From NCBI GenBank assembly GCA_963749205.1, contig CAVVLW010000006.1, positions 449,176 to 513,175 on the forward strand: a DNA stretch of 64,000 bases, written 5' to 3'. Both the position numbers and the translations under genes were made by a program. Source of the DNA: an uncultured Thermoplasmata archaeon (lineage in GTDB: Archaea > Thermoplasmatota > Thermoplasmata > Lutacidiplasmatales > UBA184). Under the pieces are notes generated by a model. The model did no database searches. It saw only the letters and a program-made list of their open reading frames with translations, and was not told where the DNA came from. Below are positions 48,191 through 57,980 of this stretch, in pieces; positions within the stretch are counted from its first letter, which is position 1; each line of letters begins with the position of its first letter.

Positions 48191-48197
48191 TTAATTT
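48191..48197 (+). promoter_or_regulatory. TATA-like box of cyclase paralog 3
   Basis: TTAATTT centred 27 nt upstream of in-frame GTG 48220. Confidence 0.4.
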
Positions 48198-48219
48198 GGG
48201 CAATGAGGGTTCGGGCAGC

Positions 48220-50184
48220 GTGACGGAGTCACAACGCCGACTCGCCGCGATAATGTTCACCGACATGGTCGGTTACACGGCGCTGGTCCAGGCGGACGAA
48301 GCGACGGCCCTTGCGGTCCTGGATCGGCACAACCGTCTCCTTCGCCCGATCTTCTCCAGATTTCACTGCCACGAGATCAAGACGGTGGGCGACGCCTTCC
48401 TGGTCGAGTTTGACAGTGCGCTCGACGCAGTTCGATGCGCCCTCGAGATCCAACGGTCCCTCCACGACTACAACCTGTCATCCCCGGTCGAGTGGAAGAT
48501 CCGGATCCGGATCGGTATCCACGTGGGGGATGTCGAGGAGGCGAACGGCGACATCCTGGGGGACGCGGTGAATGTCACGTCGCGGATCCAGTCGCTCGCC
48601 GACCCCGAGGGAATCTGCGTGACCCAACAGGTGTACGACCAGGTTCAGAACAAGATCTCGATCCCACTCACGAAACTGCCCCCCGTGGCCCTCAAGAACA
48701 TCCGCATCCCGATGAGCGTCTACAAGATCGTTCAGTCCTGGGACGTGCAGCCGGTACCGGGTTCCGCCTCGGAGCCGGGGGACGGACACCGCATCGCGGT
48801 CCTTCCGCTCGCGAATATTAGCCCCGATCCGAGCGACGAGTACTTCGCCGACGGCCTCACCGAAGAACTGATCTCGGTGCTCTCCCAGGTCCGCGGTCTC
48901 AACGTGATCGCCCGAACGTCCGTGACCCCGTACAAGTCTGCGCCGAGGTCCGTCGCCCAGGTCGGGGCGGAGTTGGGGGTGGACACCGTGCTGGAAGGGA
49001 GCGTGCGAAAGGCAGGAAATCGCATTCGGATCACGCTCCAACTCATCGATGTGCTGACGCAGAGGCACATCTGGGCGAGCACCTACAATCGTGAGATCGA
49101 TGATGTGTTCGCCGTTCAGACCGACATCGCGGAACGGACGGCGGAAGCGCTCCGACTCGAGTTCACCAAACCAGATCGACCGCGAGTTCGAGGCGAACCG
49201 ACGGCCAATCTGGCCGCCTACGACTCCTACCTGCGAGGACTCGTGGCGGAACGCGACCCGAAGGGGAGTAGGTACGACGAGTCAATCCGGTGCTACGAGG
49301 ACGCAACGAAGTTGGACCCGACCTTTGCCGACGCGTTCGCCACCTGGGCCGACCTTTACGTAAAGGTGGCGGGGGATAAATTCCCCATGCAGGACGTGAT
49401 GCCGCGCGCCCGAGAGTTGGCGGCGCGAGCGCTCGAGTTGGACCCCGAGTCTTCCGATGCCTACGCGGCGCTGGCGAACATCGCGATGCAGTTCGACCAC
49501 GATTGGCCGCTCGCGGAGACCGAGTTCCGGAGGGCGATCTCCCTCAATCCCAGCAATGTCACCGCCCACAGCTTCCTCGGGCTGATGCTCCTTGCCCTCG
49601 GTCGGTTCGACGATGCAAGGGATGTGTTCCGAGCGGGCATCCGACTGGACCCCGGGGGGAATTTTCAAGGATTGATGGCCCTGGCCGACCTGGGGTCCGG
49701 AAATTTCGCGACCGGGATAGAACATCAGAAGAAGGAGTCGGAGCGCGATCCCTCATCGGTGGGCAAGCACGTCTACCTCGGACTGGCGTATCTCACGGCC
49801 GGGCGTCGAGCGGAGGCCCTGATACAGGCGGACACTCCGTTGACCGGTGCGAACGAGGAGGAGCGTTTTGATCACGCCCTCCTGAACGCCCTCCTGGGCC
49901 GACCAGACGCGGCCCGCACGATCACGGGGGAATCAGAACGAGGAGAGGCAAAATCGTACAATTCCGCGACTACGCTCGCGATGCTGTACGCGGCGGTCGG
50001 CGAACGGGAAAAGGCTCTGGACCTTCTCGAGAAAGATGCCCGCGAGGGCGACCAGGTGCTCTGGTTGTATCACTCGGGTGTGTGGTTCGATCAGGTCCGC
50101 GACGATCCGAGATTCGTCGCCCTACTTCGCCACTATAGGCTCCCCGTCCATAGTCCCCCCCGGCCCGAACACCCGCGGGCTTGA
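48220..50184 (+). CDS. class III adenylate/guanylate cyclase - TolB-like - TPR protein, paralog 3
   Basis: ORF 48142..50184. GTG 48220 (VTESQRRLAAIMFTDMVGYT) matches the N-termini of the other paralogs. Motifs TVGDAFLVEF, GDAVNVTSRIQ, IAVLPLANISPDPSDEYFADGLTEELI. Confidence 0.85.
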   Translation: MTESQRRLAAIMFTDMVGYTALVQADEATALAVLDRHNRLLRPIFSRFHCHEIKTVGDAFLVEFDSALDAVRCALEIQRSLHDYNLSSPVEWKIRIRIGIHVGDVEEANGDILGDAVNVTSRIQSLADPEGICVTQQVYDQVQNKISIPLTKLPPVALKNIRIPMSVYKIVQSWDVQPVPGSASEPGDGHRIAVLPLANISPDPSDEYFADGLTEELISVLSQVRGLNVIARTSVTPYKSAPRSVAQVGAELGVDTVLEGSVRKAGNRIRITLQLIDVLTQRHIWASTYNREIDDVFAVQTDIAERTAEALRLEFTKPDRPRVRGEPTANLAAYDSYLRGLVAERDPKGSRYDESIRCYEDATKLDPTFADAFATWADLYVKVAGDKFPMQDVMPRARELAARALELDPESSDAYAALANIAMQFDHDWPLAETEFRRAISLNPSNVTAHSFLGLMLLALGRFDDARDVFRAGIRLDPGGNFQGLMALADLGSGNFATGIEHQKKESERDPSSVGKHVYLGLAYLTAGRRAEALIQADTPLTGANEEERFDHALLNALLGRPDAARTITGESERGEAKSYNSATTLAMLYAAVGEREKALDLLEKDAREGDQVLWLYHSGVWFDQVRDDPRFVALLRHYRLPVHSPPRPEHPRA

Positions 50185-50200
50185 CGGGGACCGCGACCCT

Positions 50201-50231
50201 GGCGGAGGATGCAACGATCCTTGCCTCCGCC
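50201..50231. repeat. REP-like palindrome
   Basis: GGCGGAGGATGCAACGATCCTTGCCTCCGCC; 17 nt after the cyclase-3 stop. Confidence 0.7.
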
Positions 50232-50242
50232 CGTCCGGGGGG

Positions 50243-50654
50243 TTAGGCGAACTCTCCCTTCGACCGAAGGAATTTCACTACGTATCCGTCGGGGTCGTTG
50301 ATCGTGAACGCCGTGCCGTAGGGCCACTCCCGAAGGCGGGATTCGATCTTCGCGCCGGCTTTCCGAGCCCGGGCGTAGACACCTTCCACATTCCGTAGCT
50401 CCACGTTGACGATGACCCCTCCTCCGAGATTGGAGCCCACCCACCTGCGGTAGCCTCGATACTCGCCACCGCCTCCCCCCGGCGCAATCTTCCCGAGCGC
50501 GATGACCGCCTCTCCTAGCCCGACGCCGGCATAGAGGAGAGTACCCGTCGTCACCCTTCCATTTCCAGCGAGCCGTGAAGCCGAGGGAACGGTAGAAGGC
50601 GAGCGACCGGTCGACGCTCTTGACGTTGAACATCACGCTGATGAGCGCCTTCAT
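50243..50654 (-). pseudogene. VOC (glyoxalase) family protein, one frameshift
   Basis: MKALISVMFNVKSVDRSLAFYRSLGF (ORF 50133..50654) joins TLLYAGVGLGEAVIAL...INDPDGYVV (ORF 50243..50554) if one base is removed from CGGGTAC near 50541..50546. Confidence 0.6.
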
Positions 50655-50775
50655 TCGGGTTCCCGTCGGGGGTGGTAGTCAGCGCGGGGTCCTGTTGACT
50701 GGGAGGAGTCACCAGACTTTTCGTATAGAATTGCGGTCACGTCGTTCCCTCGCGGGGTGCTTTTATCCGGTCAAT

Positions 50776-51108
50776 TCACCCGCAGAGTTCCACCAGCCGG
50801 TTGCGAAATCTCGTCCGACCGACGTTCCGTACCGAATGATCGTCCGGCGGGACCCTCCAAACCACGTCGCCCTTTCGGACCCGAAGTCGTTCCTCACACC
50901 CTTTATCGTCGGTCATGACGACCGCGGCGTTCTCCAACATGATCGAGAGGTAGGGGTGGCGGTGCCGGTGCATGGGGTAGGTCTCGCCGGGCCTGAGCAC
51001 CATCTCCCAGACCCGGACCCGACGGTTCTTCATCAGGAGTATCTGCGCGGGAGGTACCCTCCTCATGGACGGGAGCGGGACGGCCCCGCAGCCCAAAGGG
51101 TACGCCAT
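50776..51108 (-). CDS. cupin-domain protein
   Basis: ORF trimmed to ATG 51108; GETYPMHRHRHPYLSIML is a cupin motif. Confidence 0.6.
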   Translation of the reverse strand: MAYPLGCGAVPLPSMRRVPPAQILLMKNRRVRVWEMVLRPGETYPMHRHRHPYLSIMLENAAVVMTDDKGCEERLRVRKGDVVWRVPPDDHSVRNVGRTRFRNRLVELCG

Positions 51109-51173
51109 TGCCAGGGGCTTGGACCTGTCGGGGAGACCACGAAGGGTGGTTGTCCGATCCCTCCTGCGTTCGC

Positions 51174-51557
51174 TCAGGACCGATACCGGAGGAGTTGCTT
51201 GGGCAGGCTCAACGGCGATGCGGCATTGAAATCGATTCCGGTGATCCACTGGACTTCGGCTTTGAGCCAAAGATCGATCGGGTCCTGGGAAGCGATCAGG
51301 GTCCCGAGGGCCCGGGCGACGTCGGTCGCCTCCAGGTAGATGGTAACAGAGATCCCCAACGGTGTCCGGTTCAAGAACCAGCTTTCCTTCAGAATCCCGA
51401 GGCCCTGCTGCGACCGGCGGAATTCCGCGACCTTCGGCCCGTTCAGATCGGTCGCGAGGCGCTCCACTCGCTCATCCTTTCCGGGAAGGACCGGGAAGGT
51501 GAGTGCCAATTCGGTGAGCGGGTCTCCCGTCGCGGGAATGGACAAGGTATCGCGCAC
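51174..51557 (-). CDS. hypothetical protein
   Basis: 127-aa ORF with protein-like composition, upstream of and co-oriented with the cupin gene. Confidence 0.4.
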   Translation of the reverse strand: MRDTLSIPATGDPLTELALTFPVLPGKDERVERLATDLNGPKVAEFRRSQQGLGILKESWFLNRTPLGISVTIYLEATDVARALGTLIASQDPIDLWLKAEVQWITGIDFNAASPLSLPKQLLRYRS

Positions 51558-51644
51558 GCCGAGGCTAGTCCGAAGTCATCATATGGGGATGATGCCGCAC
51601 CGGGTCGGGTCTTCATGGCCGCCGGCTCGGGCCCTCGAACCCCA

Positions 51645-52289
51645 ATGCGAAGACTCGTGGTCGAGGCTCCTCGGTCGGACCTCGAACGATTCGAAGGTCT
51701 TCCGGACCTGAGTCTCGTCGAGTCGTTTCGTGTGGTCCACCAATTTCGATCCGATCCGAGCGCGATTGCCGGAATCTGTCAGGTGAAGTTCCGGTCCGCG
51801 GCGCTCACCCCACGTCATATGGCGGGTCAGGCAGGACTCACCAAAGTCGAAACGCTCTCCCAGGTCGGGGACGGCGCCTTTCTGGCATATTTCGAAGGCC
51901 GGCCCAATGTAGGGTGGACGAAGCTCGCGGCGGCGACGGGCGCCCACCTGCATCCCCCGTTCGAGCTCACGTCGAAGAGTTGGCGGATCACCGTCCTTGG
52001 GACCAGTCTCCAGCTCCGTCGATTCCTGGCGGCATTGCGACGCGGGAAGATTCACTACCGCGTCCAGACGATCGCCGCGGCCGACTTCCGTGAGCACTCT
52101 CCCCTCGGAACGCTCACGCCACGGCAGCGGGAGGTTCTGATCGCCGCGTATCGGGGCGGCTACTACGACGTGCCCCGGCGTGCAGATTCCGCTCGGATCG
52201 CACGATCCCTCGGGTTGGGCAAGGCGACGATCGTGGAGCACCTGAGAAAGGCAGAGAAGCGCTTGCTCGACCAGCTCATGTCGGAATAG
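51645..52289 (+). CDS. HTH_10 (Bat-type) transcriptional regulator, paralog 1
   Basis: ORF 51108..52289 trimmed to ATG 51645; C-terminal LTPRQREVLIAAYRGGYYDVPRRADSARIARSLGLGKATIVEHLRKAEKRLL. Confidence 0.75.
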   Translation: MRRLVVEAPRSDLERFEGLPDLSLVESFRVVHQFRSDPSAIAGICQVKFRSAALTPRHMAGQAGLTKVETLSQVGDGAFLAYFEGRPNVGWTKLAAATGAHLHPPFELTSKSWRITVLGTSLQLRRFLAALRRGKIHYRVQTIAAADFREHSPLGTLTPRQREVLIAAYRGGYYDVPRRADSARIARSLGLGKATIVEHLRKAEKRLLDQLMSE

Positions 52290-52346
52290 GGCGCCGGCCC
52301 CGGGCCGTCCGAACACCGCGGCACGATCCGTGGGTGCCCCCGCCGC

Positions 52347-52775
52347 ACTCACTTCTTGGAGGACCTTCTGCATGTAGGCACGGCCAAACACATCGCTCAA
52401 GGATCGGGCCTTTCGGTCGGCAAGAACCTCTGCGGCGTACCACTTCGACCCGAAGTGAACGAGCGTCATCAGGATGGGCAGGGCATCCTCCCCCTTCTGA
52501 GTAAGACCCCATCTCGTGTAGTTTCGACCCCGTTCGACGGCCCGGATGAATCCGCCGTGCTGCAGTTCCTTGAGCCGCACCGCCAAGACCCTCTTGGTCA
52601 AGCCCGGAGTGATTCGCAGCATTTCGTTGAACCGCTGGGTTCGGTAGAGCCCGATGTTCCGGAGCACCAGGAGCGCCTACTTGCGGGCCAGGACGTCCAG
52701 GGTGGCCTTGACGGGACAGCCCGCGAATTCGACGATCAATTCCGGGGGTAATTTCCGAGCGGGTTTTGAAACCAT
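52347..52775 (-). pseudogene. HxlR-family regulator with in-frame TAG
   Basis: ATG 52775 gives ...GCPVKATLDVLARK-TAG-ALLVLRNIGLYRTQRFNEML.... The TAG (52677..52679) sits where the family has the conserved Trp of the GKW motif. 3' end unclear (no stop before the convergent gene). Confidence 0.55.
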
Positions 52776-52811
52776 GTAGGTATACGTCCACTCACCTACC
52801 CGTTGATATGG

Positions 52812-52820
52812 TTTAAATTT
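52812..52820. promoter_or_regulatory. TATA-like box in divergent HxlR / BNR-gene gap
   Basis: TTTAAATTT lies between ATG 52775 (minus strand) and ATG 52860 (plus strand). Confidence 0.4.
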
Positions 52821-52859
52821 GGTACCCCTTCTAGGCGAGGGACGGTAGGTGGACCAGTC

Positions 52860-53988
52860 ATGGCAGACAAAAAAGTGCGCATCTTGGTGGGGACTCGGAA
52901 AGGCGGGTATATCGTCGAAGGCGACGGCGTCGCGGAAGACGTGGAGGATTGCTTCCCAGTTCCAAAAGGGCGCCGAGGTGTTCCACGTTATCGCCGACCC
53001 ACGCCATCCCGGAGACGTCTACGCGTGCGTCAACTCGCCGTTCTGGGGCCCAGTGCTCTACCGCTCGCGCGATTACGGCAAGAAGTGGGCCGAGACCGGG
53101 ACCCCCATGATGGCCTCGACCAAGGTTCGTCCCCCCCGATTCGACGGGAACCCTGACACTCCCGCCCCAACCTACGCGGTAACGAACCTATGGCATCTTG
53201 AACCCGGCCACGAAAGCGAGCCCAATACCCTCTTCATGGGCCTCGACCCGTACTCGTTGCACCGGAGCGACGACCTGGGGAAAACGTGGGAGCCGATCTC
53301 GGGCTTGAACGACCATCCCACGAAGGCGAAGTGGAACCCGGGCAACGGTGGCCCCTGCCTCCACACCATTATCGTGGACCCGACCAACAAGAATAGGATC
53401 TTTGCGGGGATCTCGGCCGCCGGACTCTTCCGGTCGGACGACGGCGGGGGCAACTGGGCCCTGGCCAATCAGGGCGTCGAGACCCCCTTCCAACCCGAGA
53501 AGTACCCCGCGGTCGGACAGTGCGTTCACAAGGTCGTCCAGGACTCCGCGCGCCCCGACACCCTTTACCGCCAGGACCACGGAGGCATCTACGTCAGCCA
53601 TGACGCCGGCGAAAAATGGCAGCGGATCGGGAAGTCCCTGGACGACGACTTCGGGTTCGTCGTGGCGACAGCGAAGCATCTCCCGGGTCGTGCCTTCTTC
53701 GTCCCGCTCATGGGAGAGTCCCGAACGACATTCGGGGGCGGGTTCCAGGTTCATGAGTGGAACGAGTCCACCAAGAAGTGGCGTACCCTCATGCCTCCCA
53801 CCCGATTCCCCGGCGACTACGGGACGCATCGGGAGGGCATGGCGTGCGATGCGCTCGATCCGGCGGGCATCTACGTAGGGACGACGACCGGCCAGCTGTT
53901 CGTCTCCCCCGACGCCGGAAAGTCTTGGAATCAGGTGCCGTTCCAGTTCCCGGCGATCCACTCGGTCTCCGTGGCGGGCCCGGGGTGA
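52860..53988 (+). pseudogene. BNR/sialidase-like beta-propeller glycosidase-family protein, one frameshift
   Basis: MADKKVRILVGTRKGGYIVEGDG (frame of 52803) joins SRKTWRIASQF... of ORF 52849..53988. Repeated S/T-x-D-x-G-x-T/W motifs (SDDLGKTW, SDDGGGNW, SHDAGEKW, SPDAGKSW). Shift near 52926..52932. Confidence 0.6.
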
Positions 53989-54094
53989 TCCGCACGGACG
54001 GCACGGGAAGTGCGGAGGGGCCAAGGTTCCTGGCCCCGGAGAGCGAACGGCTCCTCCCTTAGACCCTGGGGTCCGCCGTCCCCAAGTCTTCACC

Positions 54095-54736
54095 TCAGCG
54101 GCGCAAGATCCCGTCGAGCAGCCGTTTTTGTGCCTTCCTTAGGTGCTCGACGGTGGCCGACTTACTCAGATCGAGCGACCTCGCCACCCGCGCCGAGTCC
54201 GCCCGCCGTGGCGTGTCGTAGTAGCCAGCGCGGTACGCCGCGACCAATGCCTCCCGCTGTCGGGGCGTCAGCCACTGCATCGGAGAATCCTCCCGGGGGT
54301 CGGTTCCGGCGATCGACAGCACATGGTGGTGGATCTTCCGGCGACGCAGCCCCACCAAGAACTTCCGGAGCTGAGGACCCGTTCCCACCACGCTGATCCG
54401 CCAGCTGTCGGGGGTGAGCTCGAGCGTAGGGATCAGATGTCCGCGCGTCGTCGCGGCGAGCCTCGCCCATCCCGTCGTGGGTTTGCCCTCGAAATACGCG
54501 AGGAACGCGCCGTCCTCGAGCCGAGTCAAGGAGACGACCTTGGTCATCCCGCCGTGACCGACCATGTGGGGCCGGGCCGTGGGAATCCGAAACCTCACCC
54601 GACAGACCCCGGCGTACGACGTTGGGCGGAAGCGAAACAGGTGGACGACCCGGAGCCGTTCCACGAAGGCCAATTCGGGGAGCCGGTCGGATCGCTCGAA
54701 ATCCTCCCTCGGAATCGCCGCAATTACCCTCTTCAT
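54095..54736 (-). CDS. HTH_10 (Bat-type) transcriptional regulator, paralog 2
   Basis: LTPRQREALVAAYRAGYYDTPRRADSARVARSLDLSKSATVEHLRKAQKRLL. Confidence 0.75.
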   Translation of the reverse strand: MKRVIAAIPREDFERSDRLPELAFVERLRVVHLFRFRPTSYAGVCRVRFRIPTARPHMVGHGGMTKVVSLTRLEDGAFLAYFEGKPTTGWARLAATTRGHLIPTLELTPDSWRISVVGTGPQLRKFLVGLRRRKIHHHVLSIAGTDPREDSPMQWLTPRQREALVAAYRAGYYDTPRRADSARVARSLDLSKSATVEHLRKAQKRLLDGILRR

Positions 54737-54793
54737 GGATACCGTACAGGGACGGGCCGTAGTTTATAGACGCACTTCGCCTGAACGCGGTGG

Positions 54794-55282
54794 ATGACCC
54801 TTTCCAAGGCCGATCGGGAGTTTCACGAGAAGACGATGGCCCGCTGCTTCAACGAGGCGTGGGAGTACCTCGAGAAGAGACATCGAAGTGCCCACGATGA
54901 CCAACGCATGCTGAACCTCGCCCACGCGGCGCGTTTCCATTCGAGCATTGTGGGGACCCCCCGGAACCACGCCATCGGCGATTGGCAGGTTTCCCGAGTC
55001 TATGCGGCTCTTCACGATCCTCAACTTGCGCTCGAATTCGCGAAATCCTCTCTCGGGCTCTGCGAGAAGCACCGCTTGTCGGACCTGCTCTGCACGGCGT
55101 ACGAAGCGATGGCGAGAGCGTATGCGGTGACGGATGACCGAGCGTCAGCGCAAGAGTACATCATCAAGGCGCGAGACCAACTCGACGGCTCCTCGGTGGA
55201 TGTCGAGGGGCGGCAGATTTTCCTGGGCCAGATTCGGGAGACAGAGAAACTGATGAGACGAAGCCCTGCTCTGAGCCCATGA
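54794..55282 (+). CDS. hypothetical helical protein
   Basis: 162-aa ORF divergent from the HTH_10 gene; helical repeat-like composition. Confidence 0.45.
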   Translation: MTLSKADREFHEKTMARCFNEAWEYLEKRHRSAHDDQRMLNLAHAARFHSSIVGTPRNHAIGDWQVSRVYAALHDPQLALEFAKSSLGLCEKHRLSDLLCTAYEAMARAYAVTDDRASAQEYIIKARDQLDGSSVDVEGRQIFLGQIRETEKLMRRSPALSP

Positions 55283-55609
55283 AGAGCTCTTGGATCCTAG
55301 AGTGAGGGGCGACCGCACCAGGACCGAAGGGCCTCCTCCTCATGGTCGAGCGGTAGCTCAGCCCACCCCCCGCCCCAGAGTGCCGAGGGGATGTTCGACG
55401 CCCCCGGGGGGTTCAAACATCTAGAATGCAGGGCGTCGAGGTGCCCGGCCTCTCCCCGACGGGGATCCACCATCCCCCAACTCAGTCTTTACAAATCGGT
55501 TGGACCGGTCGATTCCAGACTCTCGTCACGAAAGACTCGCTTTTTCCGTCGACGGGTGAGGGCAGGAGCCGCCCGTAACTTCTCACCACTGAGAAACTAC
55601 ACCGCACGC

Positions 55610-56728
55610 CTACGTCCCTTCCGACTCTGAGTAACCGAGACCGTAGGAGCGAAGACGGTCGAGAAAGGGGCCGGGGGGGACGGCGGTCTCCGGAGCTTGA
55701 ACCCCCTGACCACGGACCATTCCGGCCCGGAACAGCTCGGCGGTGGCAGCGGCGGCGAGGGACGTGCCGTTCTGGCGTTCATCCCCGGTCACCCGAAGGA
55801 CCAGCCGTCGCACGCGATCGTTCGCAATTCCCTCAATCTCTACCTCAGTGATCCAAACCTCAGGGCCCGACGTGCCGGGGATTCGGGACAGCAGCGCGGC
55901 CGTGAACTCACGGGGGCGGACTGAGGTCCCGGCGACGGTGACCGGCTCCGAGCTCGCGAAACCAAGACGGACAAGATTCTCGAGCGCGTCCGCGGTCGCG
56001 CGGGAGAGTCCGACCTTGAAGTCGAGGGTCTGCAATCCCCGGCCCAGGAATGCGGGGAGGGTGGCGAGCTCCGAGTGCAAAGTCGTGACGTAGTCAATCA
56101 CGCCGAACGGTGGTGCGTGCGTCACCCGCTCACGCCCGGAGAGGGGCGGGGTCTCGCGGAGGACTCCCTGGTCGAGGACCACCGGCGCGAGGGTGAACTC
56201 GTCCAGCAAGGTCTGCGCGGAGTAGGGGAGTGAGAAGGTCGCGGCCTCGTCCAGCGACCGGCGACCAGAGCGCAGATGAACTGCCGTCAGCCGATCGAAT
56301 CCTTGGGACCCATGTGCGGCGAGAACGTTCGTGATGCCGGGAGCCTTGCCGGCCCCGAGCACGGCGAGAAGTCCCGCCTTCTCGAAACGCGAAGCGAGTT
56401 CGAGCTGGCGGAGGGTCATGCGGTACAGACCCCCCAGGTCGAGGTAGGAGCTGGTCGCTGCGAGGCACGCCTCCATCACCGCGAGATTCTGGTAGTATAG
56501 GGTCGCGTTCACCGTCAACTGGCTGTCTCCCAGGATGCGCCTGATTGCGTCCGGATCTGTGACGTCAGCGACGGCCGCCTCCGCGCCGAGTTCACGGGCG
56601 AGAGCGCCCACGACGTCGCCCCGGACGTCAACGAGGAGAAGGTCGGGCACCCCGTCCAGGGAGAGCTGCCGGGCGATCCCGCGCCCGACGATCCCGGCCG
56701 CACCGAGAATGACGATTCGGTACGTCAC
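55610..56728 (-). CDS. saccharopine dehydrogenase-like NAD(P)-binding oxidoreductase
   Basis: N-terminal IVILGAAGIVGRGIA Rossmann motif; 372 aa. Confidence 0.75.
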   Translation of the reverse strand: MTYRIVILGAAGIVGRGIARQLSLDGVPDLLLVDVRGDVVGALARELGAEAAVADVTDPDAIRRILGDSQLTVNATLYYQNLAVMEACLAATSSYLDLGGLYRMTLRQLELASRFEKAGLLAVLGAGKAPGITNVLAAHGSQGFDRLTAVHLRSGRRSLDEAATFSLPYSAQTLLDEFTLAPVVLDQGVLRETPPLSGRERVTHAPPFGVIDYVTTLHSELATLPAFLGRGLQTLDFKVGLSRATADALENLVRLGFASSEPVTVAGTSVRPREFTAALLSRIPGTSGPEVWITEVEIEGIANDRVRRLVLRVTGDERQNGTSLAAAATAELFRAGMVRGQGVQAPETAVPPGPFLDRLRSYGLGYSESEGT

Positions 56729-57135
56729 CGAGGCTCCGACTCGGGCCCACGATCGCCCGGTTGGTCGTACTCGATCAAGTGAAGGCGGCCACGGAGGGCA
56801 TTCCGAACGCGCCCTCCGTCTAGGGATCTTGAGCCCGGCACTCCGGGGAGAACGAGGACGCCCCGATAGTCAGGACTGTCATCGTCGAGAACGGGGAGGA
56901 TCTGGCTATCCAACAGGCGTACCTCGCGCTCCGAAGGAGCCATTCAACCCTCCAGTCGGCGACAGTGCATGCGTCATTAAGCAAGTGGCCCGCTCTCCCT
57001 AACCGAGTCCCTAGGATGCCGAGGGTGGTGCTCCCCATTCCGGAACACTTCACATCCCCTTCTGACGTCCCGGAGCCCATCGGTCTCCCTTCGGGGTCCC
57101 GAGCCGACGGAGCCCGTTTGGCGCCGGGGTCGACG

Positions 57136-57748
57136 CTACCTTCCGCCTTCTTGCGCGGGGGGAGTACCGCGTAGTGGGGGGCCCTTGAGGTCGGTCGTGA
57201 TCCGTTGCGCCAGCTGACAAAACCGGGTCCAGGGGTTGGGCCGTCCGGGGTACCGCTCCCTGAGGTGAGCGTCCAGGGGCTCGAAGGCATTCCAGTCAGT
57301 GACGATCGAGGTACTGAACGAAGTCCCTGACCAGCTCGTAGTCCAGTGTCCGGGAGGACACCATCTGTCCGATCAGCTCGTACTGATACGCGAAGGAGCG
57401 ACTCTCGATATCCTCGAGGCTGTCGTCGAACGACTTCCAACCGGAGGCGGACGCGGCCCCGACGGCACGGCGCATATTCCATCGCCTCGTGGCGAAGTCG
57501 GTCGAAGTAAGTTGCTCCATCATCGAGAAGGCTAGATTCCTCCTTGCATCCACCCGGGAGGCTCGTACGTTGTACGCTAGGAGGATGACCGAAACCACGA
57601 GTGCGGACGACGCCGCGATGCTCGCCCACGTCTGGATGTCCGAGAGAGTCACGCGGTCGCATGCCCGCCGCCGTATGAAGAAGTATCGTTGTCCCGTGCT
57701 CGAGAACCCGGCCGAATTTGCCCCCGCACCCGCGGAAAGGGATGGCAC
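57136..57748 (-). pseudogene. DUF4760-like membrane-anchored protein, one frameshift
   Basis: ORF 57296..57748 ends ...FVQYLDRH. The next frame continues DWNAFEPLDAHLRERYPGRPNPWTRFCQLAQRI to TAG 57136, which looks like the missing C-terminus. Confidence 0.4.
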
Positions 57749-57830
57749 CCTGGATAGGGAACTGGCTGTTTCAAGTCCCCGACAGATAAGCAGTCGACCG
57801 ATACCATTCCACAGCTAAACGTCCGTGAAA

Positions 57831-57872
57831 TGTATTGGAGGGGGACACTGCTGAATTCTTCATATCCCTAAC
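57831..57872 (+). repeat. 41-nt bulged hairpin repeat, copy 1 (most divergent)
   Basis: TGTATTGGAGGGGGACACTGCTGAATTCTTCATATCCCTAAC. Confidence 0.7.
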
Positions 57873-57980
57873 CGGACCATCAACGGGACAGCGGGACTGC
57901 GCAACTACATGAAAGCGAGATGACGCCACTCTCGCATCCAGCGGGCCTCCGGAGCGGGGGTGCACCTGGTGCGCCGCGGC

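Noticed and set aside
52677-52679. TAG decoded as pyrrolysine
   Set aside because: TAG is used as an ordinary stop by many genes in this window (for example at 306..308, 5314..5316 and 48139..48141). The position corresponds to a conserved Trp codon one mutation away.
55345-55420. tRNA or tRNA fragment (GCGGTAGCTCAGCC ... GGGGGGTTCAAAC)
   Set aside because: Only a D-arm-like string and a T-loop-like string are present. I could build no complementary D-stem return, anticodon arm or acceptor stem. It is possibly a decayed fragment, but the call is not supportable.
56725-56943. Small ORF upstream of the saccharopine-dehydrogenase-like gene
   Set aside because: It has no recognisable motif and its composition is not clearly protein-like. 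The overlap with the downstream start alone is insufficient.
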